Shown here piece by piece: positions 53,960 to 63,939 of a DNA stretch of 64,000 nucleotides; the stretch's first letter is position 1; each line of letters starts with the position of its first letter. The stretch comes from Rhodospirillales bacterium (GTDB lineage Bacteria; Pseudomonadota; Alphaproteobacteria; Rhodospirillales; CAMCUA01), in contig CBDFHV010000084.1 of NCBI GenBank assembly GCA_965247705.1, positions 263,184 to 327,183 on the forward strand. Reading direction: 5' to 3'. The notes below the pieces were generated by a model, which worked only from the letters and a program-made list of their open reading frames with translations, was not told where the DNA came from and did not search any database. A program made the translations under genes and the position numbers.

Positions 53960-55579
53960 TCACGCCCGCGCCGTGGGAAAGGGACTACGGTCGGCCAGTT
54001 CGCTCATCCGGCGGGCCATCCTTTCCAGCAGCTCGCACTTGATGCCGAGCTTGCCCGGGTCGTCCCACAGGTTGTGCATCTCGTGGGGGTCTTCCTGGAG
54101 GTCGTACACCTCGCCCCATGGCGCCCGGTCGTAGAAGGACAACCGATAGCGGTCGGTCAGCAGGGTGCGCAGCCGGGGATGGCCGTCGAAGCCCATCAGG
54201 GTGCGTTGGTTCTCTTCCTCCAGCAACAGGTCCTCATGAACGGTCTGCCGACCGCCCTTGACGAGGCCGAGCAGGCTTTCGCCTTGCATGCCGTGGAAGG
54301 GCTGCAGACCGGCCCGCTCCAAGATGGTCGGTGCGAAGTCCAAGCTGCCGGAGAGTGCGTCGCACAGCCGGCCACCCCGGGGTTGGTCGGGGTCGACCCA
54401 GATGAACGGCGTCCGGATCAGGCCCTGGTAGTGGACGGGGCCCATGGTCATGAGCTGATGGTCGCCCATCCAGTCGCCGTGGTCGGTGGTGAAGATCACA
54501 ACGGTGTTGCGGTCGAGACCCAGTTCTTCCAGGCGCTTCAGGATCCGTCCCACGGCATCGTCGATCATGGCGATCATGGCGTAGGTGAGGGCGATGGCCT
54601 CTCGGGCCTCGCGTTCGTTGACGGCGATGCAGATGGCCCACATGTGGGAGATGGCGAGATCGGGCCGCGTGCCCCTGTCGCGCAGGCCCCGCATGTAGTC
54701 GAGGTGGGGCATGGGCGGGGTTTCATGTCCACCCCAGGCGTCCGGCAGGGGGATGTCGGCGGCATCGTACATGCCCCAATAACGGCCCGGCGGCGTGAAC
54801 GGCGGGTGGGGATCGGGGAACGAACATTGGAGGAAGAAGGGCTCGTTGTTCTCGGCGAAGCGCTCCAGGTGGCCGATGGTACGCTCGGCCACATAAGTGG
54901 TCGACCACAGCTCTTCCGGCACCCGGGTCCGCCACGCCATGGGCACCACCACATTCTCGCCGCCGGGCAAGGCATTGGCGGACCCGCGCAGGGCATCGGA
55001 GCCGGGGTGCCGGGCCTCCAGCCAGCGCCCGTAGTGGCCGTGCACCCGATCGCCGTGCTGGACGCACAGGTCCACATGCTCGAACCCGTAGTAGGGCAGA
55101 CTCAGGTCGTGGTCCGGCTCATCGCGCCAGCGGGTGAGGCGTTCCTGCTCGTAAGGGCCTTCATGGACCGGAATGAAGCGGGCTTCGGCATGCCCGGCCG
55201 GCGGCGGCCGGCAGGACGAATCGGTCTCGGCCGGCGTCTGAATGGCGGCCTCGGATTCCATGTTCTGCAGGTGGCACTTTCCCGACAGCGCGGTGCGGTA
55301 TCCGGCGTCGCGCAGCAGCATGGGCAGGGTGACCGTGTTGAGGGGCAGGTTGACCCCGTTGACCCGAAGCCCATGGGCCGACGGCATGCGCCCGGTCATC
55401 AGGGTCGCCCGGTTGGGCATGCACACCGGGCTGGCGGCGTAGTAGCGGCTGAATCGAATGCCCCGGTCGGCCAGCCCGTCGATGTGGGGCGTACGCACCA
55501 GGGGATTGCCGTAGCAGCCCACATGGTCGGCCCGCTGACGGTCGGTGATGATGAACAGGAAGTTGGGTTGTTCGGTCAT
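53960..55579 (-). CDS. sulfatase (Cys-type, formylglycine-dependent family)
   Basis: 539 aa; PNFLFIITDRQRAD, SPVCMPNRATLMTG (CxPxR) motif. Confidence 0.9.
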   Translation of the reverse strand: MTEQPNFLFIITDRQRADHVGCYGNPLVRTPHIDGLADRGIRFSRYYAASPVCMPNRATLMTGRMPSAHGLRVNGVNLPLNTVTLPMLLRDAGYRTALSGKCHLQNMESEAAIQTPAETDSSCRPPPAGHAEARFIPVHEGPYEQERLTRWRDEPDHDLSLPYYGFEHVDLCVQHGDRVHGHYGRWLEARHPGSDALRGSANALPGGENVVVPMAWRTRVPEELWSTTYVAERTIGHLERFAENNEPFFLQCSFPDPHPPFTPPGRYWGMYDAADIPLPDAWGGHETPPMPHLDYMRGLRDRGTRPDLAISHMWAICIAVNEREAREAIALTYAMIAMIDDAVGRILKRLEELGLDRNTVVIFTTDHGDWMGDHQLMTMGPVHYQGLIRTPFIWVDPDQPRGGRLCDALSGSLDFAPTILERAGLQPFHGMQGESLLGLVKGGRQTVHEDLLLEEENQRTLMGFDGHPRLRTLLTDRYRLSFYDRAPWGEVYDLQEDPHEMHNLWDDPGKLGIKCELLERMARRMSELADRSPFPTARA

Positions 55580-55612
55580 GGGCTCCCACCTCTCCGCCGT
55601 TCGCGGGCGGCC

Positions 55613-57220
55613 TTATGAGCGTCCGATGGGGAACGGACTGCGGTCGGCGAGCTCCAACATCTCATGGGTCATCAGGTCCAGCACGTCGCACTTGACCGAT
55701 AGCGCCGAGGCGTCGTCCCACAGGTTGTGCATCTCCAGGGGATCTTCCTCCAGGTCGTACAACTCGCCCCACGACACCCGGTCGTAAATGGTCAGCCGAT
55801 AGCGCTCCGTGACCAGGGTCCGCGCCCGCGGGTGGCCGTCGAATCCCAGCAGGATGCGCTGGTTCTCGTCCTCGATGAGCAAGCGGTCCCGAACCCGATC
55901 GGTCCGGCCCGCCATCAAGTCTCCCAGGGGCTTGCCCTGCATGCCGTAGTAGGGCGCCAGGCCGGCCCGTTCCAGGACCGTCGGCGCGAAGTCGATGCTC
56001 CCAGTCAGGGCGTCGCTTCGACGGCCCTTCGCCGGCCCTTGCGGGTCCTTCCAGATGAACGGAACCTGGATCAAGCCCCGATAGTGGATGGGGCACTTGG
56101 TCAGGAGTTCGTGCTCGCCCAGGTATTCGCCGTGATCGCTGGTGTAGACGACCACCGTGTTTTCCGCCAAGCCGAGGGCCGTCAGCCGGTTGACGATGCG
56201 GCCCACGGCGTCGTCGATCATGACGTTCATGCCGTGGGTCAGCGCCGTGGCTTGGCGGCATTCGGGCGCGTCGATGGGGACGCAGAAGCCCAGGCCGAGG
56301 TTCCGCTTGCCGCTGTCCCGTTGGGCCCGAAGGTGGGTCAGGTGCGGCAGGGCCGGCGATTCCTTGCCACCGAAGGTTTCCGGCAAGGGCATGTCCGTGG
56401 GATCAAACATATCCCAGTAGCGGCCCGGCGGCGTGAACGGGTGATGGGGGTCGGGGAACGAGCACTTGAGGAAGAAGGGCGCACTGTCGCCACCTGCCAC
56501 GTAGTCCTCCAGCCAGGCGATGGTGCGCTGTTCGACATAGGTGGTCGGGTAAAGCTCCTCGGGGACCCGGGTGCGCCAAGCATAGGGCGCGACGGGACTG
56601 CCCCCCGGCAGGGCGTTGGCGCCGCCGCGCAGGGCGTCCGATCCCGGATGCTGGGCCTCCAGCCAGCGCCCGTAGTGGCCGTGCACCTCGTCGCCGTGCT
56701 TGATGCACAGTTCCACATGCTCGAACCCGTAATAGGGCAGGGTCAGATCGTGTTCCGGGTCCTCGACCCATCGGGTCAGCCATTCCTGGTCGTAGGGGCC
56801 GTCGCCCTCGGGGGCCTTCCGGGATTCGGCGAGTTCCGGCGGCGGCGCCGTCGAGGCCGGGTCGACCGCCTCGCGCCGCTGCAGGGTGGCCTCGCCCATC
56901 ATGTTCTGCAGGTGGCATTTGCCGACCAGGGCCGTCCGGTAGCCCGCCGCTCGCAGCAGATCCGCGATGGTGGTCGTGTTCAGGGGGAGGGGAACGCCGT
57001 TGCCCCGGCATTGATGGGCCGTCGGCATGCGGCCGGTCATCAGGGTCGCCCGATTGGGCATGCAGATGGGACTGGCGACATGGAACCGGTCGAACAGACA
57101 ACCCTCGGCGGCCAGGGCGTCGATGTGGGGCGTTTTCCCGATCTTGCTGCCGTAGCAGCCCAGGTTGTCCGCCCGTTGCTGGTCGGTGATGATGAACAGG
57201 AAGTTGGGTCGACCGGTCAT
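55613..57220 (-). CDS. sulfatase, tandem paralogue
   Basis: 535 aa from ATG 57220 (GGAGGGA RBS); PNFLFIITDQQRAD, SPICMPNRATLMTG; collinear with the downstream sulfatase to the C-terminus (...LADRSPFP). Confidence 0.9.
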   Translation of the reverse strand: MTGRPNFLFIITDQQRADNLGCYGSKIGKTPHIDALAAEGCLFDRFHVASPICMPNRATLMTGRMPTAHQCRGNGVPLPLNTTTIADLLRAAGYRTALVGKCHLQNMMGEATLQRREAVDPASTAPPPELAESRKAPEGDGPYDQEWLTRWVEDPEHDLTLPYYGFEHVELCIKHGDEVHGHYGRWLEAQHPGSDALRGGANALPGGSPVAPYAWRTRVPEELYPTTYVEQRTIAWLEDYVAGGDSAPFFLKCSFPDPHHPFTPPGRYWDMFDPTDMPLPETFGGKESPALPHLTHLRAQRDSGKRNLGLGFCVPIDAPECRQATALTHGMNVMIDDAVGRIVNRLTALGLAENTVVVYTSDHGEYLGEHELLTKCPIHYRGLIQVPFIWKDPQGPAKGRRSDALTGSIDFAPTVLERAGLAPYYGMQGKPLGDLMAGRTDRVRDRLLIEDENQRILLGFDGHPRARTLVTERYRLTIYDRVSWGELYDLEEDPLEMHNLWDDASALSVKCDVLDLMTHEMLELADRSPFPIGRS

Positions 57221-58704
57221 GATTCCCTCCGTCGATCGCGTGCCTCCCGGTAGAGCGGCCACAGCAGCAAGGCCAGGGAGACGACCAGAAACGTCAGCGA
57301 AAAGGGTCGCGTGACCATGGGCCATTAGCTGCCGCCGGAAAGCATCAGCCCCGAACGAATGGACTGCTCGGCAATGGGCGCCAGGACCAGACCGATTATG
57401 AACGGCCCCAGGGGCACCCGCACCCGCTCCAGGGCGAAGCCGATGACGCCGAAGGCCAGCATCACCCAGACGTCGAACATGCGATTGCTCAGGGAGTAGG
57501 TCCCGATCACGCAGAACACCAGAATCGCCGGCAGCAGATAGCCGCGCCGCACAAAGACGATCTTGGAAATCATGCCGACCGCGCCGGTCATGAACAGGAA
57601 CATCACGATGTTGGCGATCAGGCAGGCGGCCATGATCGAATAAACCACGTCGGGGCGGGTGATGAACAACAGGGGCCCCGGCTGGACGCTGTGCAGAAAC
57701 AGGGCTCCGAGCAGGATGGCGTCGATGATGCTGCCCGGAATGCCGAGGGCGACCAGGGGGATCAAGGCGCCGCCGACGGTGGCGTTGTTGGCCGCCTCCG
57801 AGGCGACGATACCGTCCTCGAAGCCGGTGCCGAAGGCCTCCGGCGTCTTCGACATGTTGCGCGCAGTCGTGTAGGCGATGACCGAACCGATGCTGGCCCC
57901 CACCCCGGGCAGGATGCCGACCCAGGTACCGATCACCGAGGAACGGATCAGGTTGACCGCCTGGCTGCCCCAGTCGTGAAGGGTCATAAACAGGCCCTGG
58001 TGGGACAGGGGAATGCGCTCCATCTTGCGGTCGATCTCCAGCACGTCGGTGAGGGCCTGGCCGACGACAAAGACGCCGATCAGCACCGGCAGGAGGTTGA
58101 GCCCGGCGCTAAGCTCGAAGAAGCCGAAGGTCAGGCGTTCCTGGCCGAAGGACGGGTCCACCCCGGGCATGGCGACCAGCATGCCGAAGAATCCGGAGAG
58201 GATTCCCTTGACGAAATTGCCCTGGCTGACCGACGCGATCAGGACCAGCGCCATCAGCACCAGGGCGAAGTACTCGAAGGGTCCGAACTTGACGCCCAGG
58301 TCGGACAGGGGCTCGGTCAAGGTGACCAGGAACCCCCATGAGATCAGCCCGCCCACCAGGGAGGCCGTGATGCCGAAACCGAGGGCGCGGCCGGGCTGCC
58401 CTCGCCGCGCCATGGGATAGCCGTCAAAGGTGGTGACGACGTTGGCCGGCGTTCCCGGCATCCGCAGCAGAGTCGCCGTGATCAGGCCGCCGGCGATCGA
58501 GCCCACATACATGGCCACCAGCAGGACCAGCGCGTGGATGTCCCGCATGGTGTAGGTCAGCGGCAGGGTCAGCGCGATCAGCATGGCGCCGTTGAGACCC
58601 GGAATGGCGCCCACCACGACGCCGAGAATGGTGCCCAGGAGGACCAGGAACAGGGACTGCGGGGCAACCAGAATCCCCGTCAGCGCGGCGATCAGGCTAT
58701 CCAT
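57217..58704 (-). pseudogene. tctA: TctA large permease of a tripartite tricarboxylate transporter, with an in-frame TAA 35 codons before the ancestral stop
   Basis: 459 codons to TAA (57325-57327); the same frame continues WPMVTRPFSLTFLVVSLALLLLWPLYREARDRRRES* and ends in a TGA overlapping the sulfatase ATG. It may still make a truncated protein. Confidence 0.75.
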
Positions 58705-58718
58705 GTGGGTGCCGAGGG

Positions 58719-59246
58719 CTAAGGCAGGTCAACGGTGAACACCTGTGTGAACACGTACTGCCCGCCGATTCCCAGGATCAGGGCAAGAATCAGCAGCACC
58801 GGCAGCCGGCGCCGTTCGAAACCGGTCAGGACGGCCCCCAGAACCAGGACGTAGAAGACCGTCGATACCCGGAAACTCAAGAGCTCCAGCGCCATTGCCA
58901 GGACGTAGAGCGTCGATGCCAGGAGCGTTGCCCCGGTCAGGCCCGGTCGCAGGGAAAACGCGATCTCTGCCCGTGGCCCCGGGGCGTTGGCCCCGTTGGC
59001 GAGGCGGCGCACCGCGTTGACGGAGATGATAAGGGCGCAGACGGCGATCACCAGGCAGATGCCACGGGGCACGGCGGCGGGACCCAGTGTCTCGAAATCG
59101 GACTCCGGCAGTCCGATGCTTTCCCACAGGAATGCCCCCGCCAAACCCAGCATGACCAGGCCGAGAACGAGATCGCTCATCGCCGAACGACGATCGGACG
59201 CGGGGTTCGGAACGCCGGCCGGGCTGTGGGGCACGGTGTCTGTCAT
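58719..59246 (-). CDS. tctB: TctB small permease subunit
   Basis: 175 aa (start uncertain; ATG 59180 is an alternative), four hydrophobic segments, 14 nt upstream of tctA. Confidence 0.7.
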   Translation of the reverse strand: MTDTVPHSPAGVPNPASDRRSAMSDLVLGLVMLGLAGAFLWESIGLPESDFETLGPAAVPRGICLVIAVCALIISVNAVRRLANGANAPGPRAEIAFSLRPGLTGATLLASTLYVLAMALELLSFRVSTVFYVLVLGAVLTGFERRRLPVLLILALILGIGGQYVFTQVFTVDLP

Positions 59247-59325
59247 GGAACCAAAGGAAGGTGGCCGTGGGCGGCCGAACCGGCGCCCACGGCCGTTCCT
59301 CGCGATCGGCGAAACGTCAGGCCTG

Positions 59326-60269
59326 TTACTTGGCGAACATCTTCTTGACCGCAGCGGCGTCCTTCATCACCCGATCCACGGCAGCGGCGCCCTTCTTGAA
59401 GTTGGGCGTCATCGACAGGGCCTGCCATTTCTCCTTCACCAGGGGCGTGGCGAACGCTTTCTCGATGGCGTCGGCGAGAACCGCGATGCGGTCCTTGGGC
59501 GTTCCCTTCGGCGCCAGCCACCAGTGGGAGAAGCAGAAGTTGACCGACGCAAAGCCCAGTTCCGCGGTGGTTGGAATGTCGGGCAGCGCCGGATGGCGGG
59601 TTGCCCCCGTAAAGCCCAGGCCGCGAATACCCTTCACCTTGAAGCGGGTGAAGTCGGCCGCCGAGAACGGCGTCGTTTCTGTGTGCCCCCCGATCAGGGC
59701 CGCAAAGTTCTTGGCCCCGCCGCCGACATTGGCGAGCCGGAACTTGGCGCCGGGAAACGCGGATTCCATCATCCGGGCGGCGATGTGGTTGATGCCGCCG
59801 ATGTTGATCCCCAGCGTGATGGTATCGGGTTTCGCCTTGGCCGCCTCCAACAGTTGGCGAAGGGTGGTGTAGGGCGAGCTCTCCATCACTGACGGGACGA
59901 TGCAGCTGTCACCCGCCACGGCGACCGGATCGAAGTCCCCGGGCCGAAGTCGATATTGCCCAGGGCCTGGTTGGACGCCAGGTTGACGATGGTCTGAAGG
60001 ATTGTATAGCCGTCGGCTTTCGCGCCCAGCGCTCTCTTGGCGCCGATGTTTCCGCCGGCTCCGGGGACATGGATGATGACCGTCGGCTGGGGCAGCAGTT
60101 TGTTTTCTTCGAGTGCTCGCTTGAACAGCTGGGCATTGGTATCGCCGCCGCCGCCGGGGCCGAAGGGGACGATGATCTGGATGGGTTTCTCAGGATACGC
60201 CCCCGTCGCCGGGGGGCTTGCGATGGCCAGAAACGCGAGTGCGCTGGCGCCATAGAGAAGCGTTCGCAT
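59326..60269 (-). pseudogene. tctC: TctC (Bug-family) substrate-binding protein gene, frameshifted
   Basis: N-terminal part (60269 to about 59945: signal peptide, YPEKPIQIIVPFGPGGGGD) and C-terminal part (DFDPVAVAGDSCIVPSV...) are in different frames; the junction carries a 14-nt near-duplication. Confidence 0.8.
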
Positions 60270-60499
60270 GGTCGAGTCCTCCGTTGATTGTTTCGCCCGG
60301 GTTCGATCGGGCAATCCCGGGTCCTATTTCTCATGTTGGAGCCCTTGGCGTCGATGAAAGGCTATCGTGCTTCGGGCATCGAAACAACAGAGTCGGCCGC
60401 GGCACGGACCGCCCGGAGGCTTGACGCATGGCGGCGGCGAAGCTCGAATCGTCGAGGTCGCAATCTCGACCGTCGATGCCCGCGACCCAGGGGAGTCCC

Positions 60500-61459
60500 A
60501 TGGAAATGATTCTCGTCACCGGCGCCCTCGGGCGGATCGCCTCGGAACTGGTGCCGGCGCTCAAGGCCCGTCATGGGGCGGATCGGGTGGTGGCCTCGGA
60601 CGTCCGCGCGCCGTCGGCCGGCGTTGGCACCCCGAATGGCCCCTTCGAGCGCCTGGACTGCACCCGCACCGACCAGGTCGCCGAGGTGATGCGACGGCAC
60701 GGCATCGGCACCGTCTACCACCTGGCGTCCCTGCTGTCCGCCGACGCCGAAGCGGACCTCGAGCGCGCCTGGAACGTCAACATGGGAGGGCTGCAAGCCG
60801 TTCTGGAGGCGGCGCGGCGGCATCGCTGCGCGGTGTTCGTGCCCAGCTCCATCGCCGCCTTCGGTCCCACCGCGCCCCTTGAGGAGACGCCCCAGGACTG
60901 TATCCAAAGGCCGATCACCATGTATGGCGTGACCAAGGTGGCCGGCGAACTTCTGTGCGACCACTACGCGCGGCGCTTCGGGCTCGACGTCCGCGGCCTC
61001 CGGCTGCCGCCGTTGATCTCGACGGCGCTGCCGCGGGGCGGCGGCACCACCGACTACGCCGTCGACATGTTCCACCACGCGCTGCGACAGCGGCGCTTCA
61101 CCTGCCGGCTCGATCCCGATACCCGCCTCGACATGATGTATATGCCGGACGCCGTCGAGGCGATGATCCGGCTGATGGAATCGGACCCGGCGCGGCTTCG
61201 CCATCGCAACGCCTTCAATATTACGGCGATGAATTTCACCCCCCGCCAGCTCGCCGAGGAGATTCGGAAGCATCTCCCCGACTTCGCCGTCGACTACGAC
61301 ATCGACCCCGGGCGCCAGGCGGTCGCCGATTCCTGGCCGCGCTCGGTCGACGACAGCGCCGCCCGGGCCGAGTGGGACTGGGCGCCCGGCTACGACCTGC
61401 CGTCCATGACCCGGGACATGCTGGAGAAAATCGGCGCCCGCCTGGGCACCGATTTCTGA
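60500..61459 (+). CDS. tdh: L-threonine 3-dehydrogenase (NAD-dependent epimerase/dehydratase-fold type)
   Basis: 319 aa from ATG 60500 (GGGAG upstream); ILVTGALGRIASELV, YGVTKVAGE, GGGTTDYAV, SWPRSVDDS motifs. Confidence 0.8.
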   Translation: MEMILVTGALGRIASELVPALKARHGADRVVASDVRAPSAGVGTPNGPFERLDCTRTDQVAEVMRRHGIGTVYHLASLLSADAEADLERAWNVNMGGLQAVLEAARRHRCAVFVPSSIAAFGPTAPLEETPQDCIQRPITMYGVTKVAGELLCDHYARRFGLDVRGLRLPPLISTALPRGGGTTDYAVDMFHHALRQRRFTCRLDPDTRLDMMYMPDAVEAMIRLMESDPARLRHRNAFNITAMNFTPRQLAEEIRKHLPDFAVDYDIDPGRQAVADSWPRSVDDSAARAEWDWAPGYDLPSMTRDMLEKIGARLGTDF

Positions 61460-61477
61460 GCTATCCCCGCCCGCCAG

Positions 61478-62449
61478 TCAGGGCAGGGCCGGCGTCAGGT
61501 GGTAGGCCGGGTCTTTCCGCTGGCGGATCAGGGCCGGCAGGATCTGCCGCCAGGTGCCCCACAGGCCCGTGGTCGGCGCCGGCAACTGGTCCTTGATCCG
61601 ATCATGGAGCTTGGGCAGGGCGTGGAACGGCACCGTCGGGTAGAGGTGGTGCTCGATATGGTAGTTCATGTTCCAATAGAGGAACCGCAGGACCGGGCCC
61701 AGCAGCATGGTGCGGGTGGTCACCCGGTGATCGGTGATGTTGGTCGCCAGCCCGTCGTGCTGGGCCCTTGAACAGAGGTCGAACAGCCACGCGCCGTAGG
61801 AGTGGGGAAGAACCAGGAACAGCAGCGGAAGCCAGCTCTGCGCCGCCACCGACCAGGCGATCACCGCCCCGTAGGCGAGCAGCAGGAAGCGGGAATTCCA
61901 GCACATGCGCCGATGTTCGCTCTCCGGAATGCAGTAGAAGGTTCGATCCCGCTCCGAGACGATCCCGACGGCGTGGCGCAGGGTCGCCCCCAGGTGCAGA
62001 CGGGCATGACGGTAGCGGACCATCATCTCGATCGCCTGGTCGAACAGGTTGCGGGGCCGGAATCCCGCCCCCTCCGTATCGATGCCGAGGATCGAGGTAT
62101 AGCTGTGGTGGCGGGCGTGCTTGTAGCGACCGAAGACCGGCTCCCGCCACATCATGAAGCAGGCGATCCAGCTTCCGGCGTCGTTCAACCAGCGAGTCCG
62201 GAACGGGGTGCCGTGGTCGAACTCGTGGGTCGCGGCCTCGGCAAAGGCGAAAATTGTGCCGTAAAAAAGGAACGCCGGAACGGCCCACACGGTGCCGAGG
62301 GACAGATAGGCCAGGCAACCGGCCGCGGCCACCAGCGCCAGGAAGCCGCCGAACTGCGCGAACGCCCTGGCATTGTTCCGGCGCATGAACGCCTTGAGCT
62401 CGCCACGGTCGATCTCGCAAGCGTACCAGTCGCTCGGTTTCGGCTTCAT
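61478..62449 (-). CDS. fatty acid desaturase-family membrane protein
   Basis: 323 aa from ATG 62449; histidine boxes HEFDHG, HARHH, HIEHH. Confidence 0.8.
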   Translation of the reverse strand: MKPKPSDWYACEIDRGELKAFMRRNNARAFAQFGGFLALVAAAGCLAYLSLGTVWAVPAFLFYGTIFAFAEAATHEFDHGTPFRTRWLNDAGSWIACFMMWREPVFGRYKHARHHSYTSILGIDTEGAGFRPRNLFDQAIEMMVRYRHARLHLGATLRHAVGIVSERDRTFYCIPESEHRRMCWNSRFLLLAYGAVIAWSVAAQSWLPLLFLVLPHSYGAWLFDLCSRAQHDGLATNITDHRVTTRTMLLGPVLRFLYWNMNYHIEHHLYPTVPFHALPKLHDRIKDQLPAPTTGLWGTWRQILPALIRQRKDPAYHLTPALP

Positions 62450-62792
62450 GGGCCTTGTCCTCGTCGGCGAACGGCCTCCTTCCGGTCGCCCCAAATCATA
62501 GCCCCGGTCATTGGTTCCGAGCAATGCCATCCCTTCGCCACCAGACAGCCCGGCGGTTGTCGGCGGACGTCGCGGCAGCGTCATCTCCGCCTCCAACGTC
62601 GCCCGCTGAGTGAAGACCCTCGATGGCCTCATGCCCGACGAATTCATCTGCAAGGTCTGGACAGTCAAACCCCGGGGGTTCAGGTTCAATCCACTCGATC
62701 AAACCTCAGGACTTGTCGAGTAATATGGGAGGATTCCGGAAGCGAAGGCTTTACCCATGAGCCTTCGCGGGAACCAGGAGGAGGCGCATCAC

Positions 62793-63152
62793 ATGAGCGA
62801 TATCGTGCATTGGCTGCTCGAACTCAACATCAAGGATGGGAAATCCGACGACTTCAAGGCGTTGATGAACGAGATGGTGGGGGCCACGCGGGCCAACGAA
62901 CCCGGCACCCTGATTTATGAGTGGTTCATCAGCGAGGACGGGAAGTCCTGTCATATCTACGAACGCTATGTCGACTCGGCGGCCACCATGACCCATCTCG
63001 GATCGTTCGGTCAAAATTTCGCGGAGCGTTTCTTGGCGGCGGCGGAGCCGACGCGCTTCGTGGTTTACGGCAACCCGAACGACGAGGTCAGAGGGGCACT
63101 GGCGGGGTTTGGCGCCGTGCACATGTCACAGATCGGAGGCTTTGCTCGCTGA
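62793..63152 (+). CDS. antibiotic-biosynthesis-monooxygenase (ABM / Dabb) domain protein
   Basis: 119 aa from ATG 62793 (GGAGGAGG upstream); ferredoxin-like ABM pattern. Confidence 0.65.
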   Translation: MSDIVHWLLELNIKDGKSDDFKALMNEMVGATRANEPGTLIYEWFISEDGKSCHIYERYVDSAATMTHLGSFGQNFAERFLAAAEPTRFVVYGNPNDEVRGALAGFGAVHMSQIGGFAR

Positions 63153-63180
63153 CTATGCTCGACCGGTCCGAGCCGGATGA

Positions 63181-63939
63181 TCAATTGTGAATTGACCCAG
63201 CGGACGCACTCCCCGGCCACCCGAAATCGCGCGGCGCCAGGCCGGCCTGGAACCAGCAGATGAAGCTGTAGATGTCGAAGACGGGCAGGCCCATACGCTC
63301 GCTCAAGGCGCGGGAAAAGGGCACCATGTTGGTGGTTTCCAGCACCACGGCCCCCACCTCGGGATGGTGCGAGGTCATCGCCTCGCCGGCGTCCATCATG
63401 TCAAGTTCCGCCGCCACCAGGTCGAATTCCCGCCGATCGCCGACGAAGGTCCGGGTCAGCTCGCGGCCGCCCTCGCAGCCGATAATGGGGGTGTCGAGGG
63501 GCGCGCCTGCCGCTTCAAGATGCGCCTCGGTCAGGAGCGACGCCGTCTCGGTAATGATGCCGACCCGCTTGCCCGGCGGCAGCAGGCGCTGAACGAAAGC
63601 CACTTGCGCCAGGGACGACGCCGCCACCGGTACCGGACAGCCCCGCCGCAGCCCCTCTTGGATGATCGACAGATAACCGCAACTGGTGGCGATGCCGTCG
63701 GCGCCGATGGCCACCAGTTCGTTGGCGCCGGCGATATAGGCGTCCCGCAGGTCCTTGGCCTTGTCGACGATCACCGCCTGATGGGTGGCGCCGCGGATGA
63801 CCTTGTAGAGCACCGGGAAGGGCCAGGTCAGCCCGTTGCCGATGTCGCCGGGAACCCGGGGAAAGTGGGTCTCCATGAGCAGGATGCCGACCCGCGCCCC
63901 ATAGACGGTCTTGCCGCCACGGGCCACCCGCGATCCCAT
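63181..63939 (-). CDS. Asp/Glu/hydantoin racemase-family protein
   Basis: 252 aa; GADGIATSCGYL and VLETTNM motifs at the two pseudo-symmetric active-site positions. Confidence 0.75.
   Translation of the reverse strand: MGSRVARGGKTVYGARVGILLMETHFPRVPGDIGNGLTWPFPVLYKVIRGATHQAVIVDKAKDLRDAYIAGANELVAIGADGIATSCGYLSIIQEGLRRGCPVPVAASSLAQVAFVQRLLPPGKRVGIITETASLLTEAHLEAAGAPLDTPIIGCEGGRELTRTFVGDRREFDLVAAELDMMDAGEAMTSHHPEVGAVVLETTNMVPFSRALSERMGLPVFDIYSFICWFQAGLAPRDFGWPGSASAGSIHN

Noticed and set aside
54074-57253. ORFs 54074-55618 (514 aa) and 55727-57253 (508 aa) on the plus strand
   Set aside because: They are antisense to the two sulfatase genes. The two sulfatases are paralogous, so their shadows also resemble each other, which could be mistaken for conservation.
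57325-57327. Programmed read-through or recoding at the tctA stop
   Set aside because: The codon is TAA, not UGA or UAG, and I saw no SECIS-like or other recoding signal. A simple nonsense mutation is the more economical explanation.
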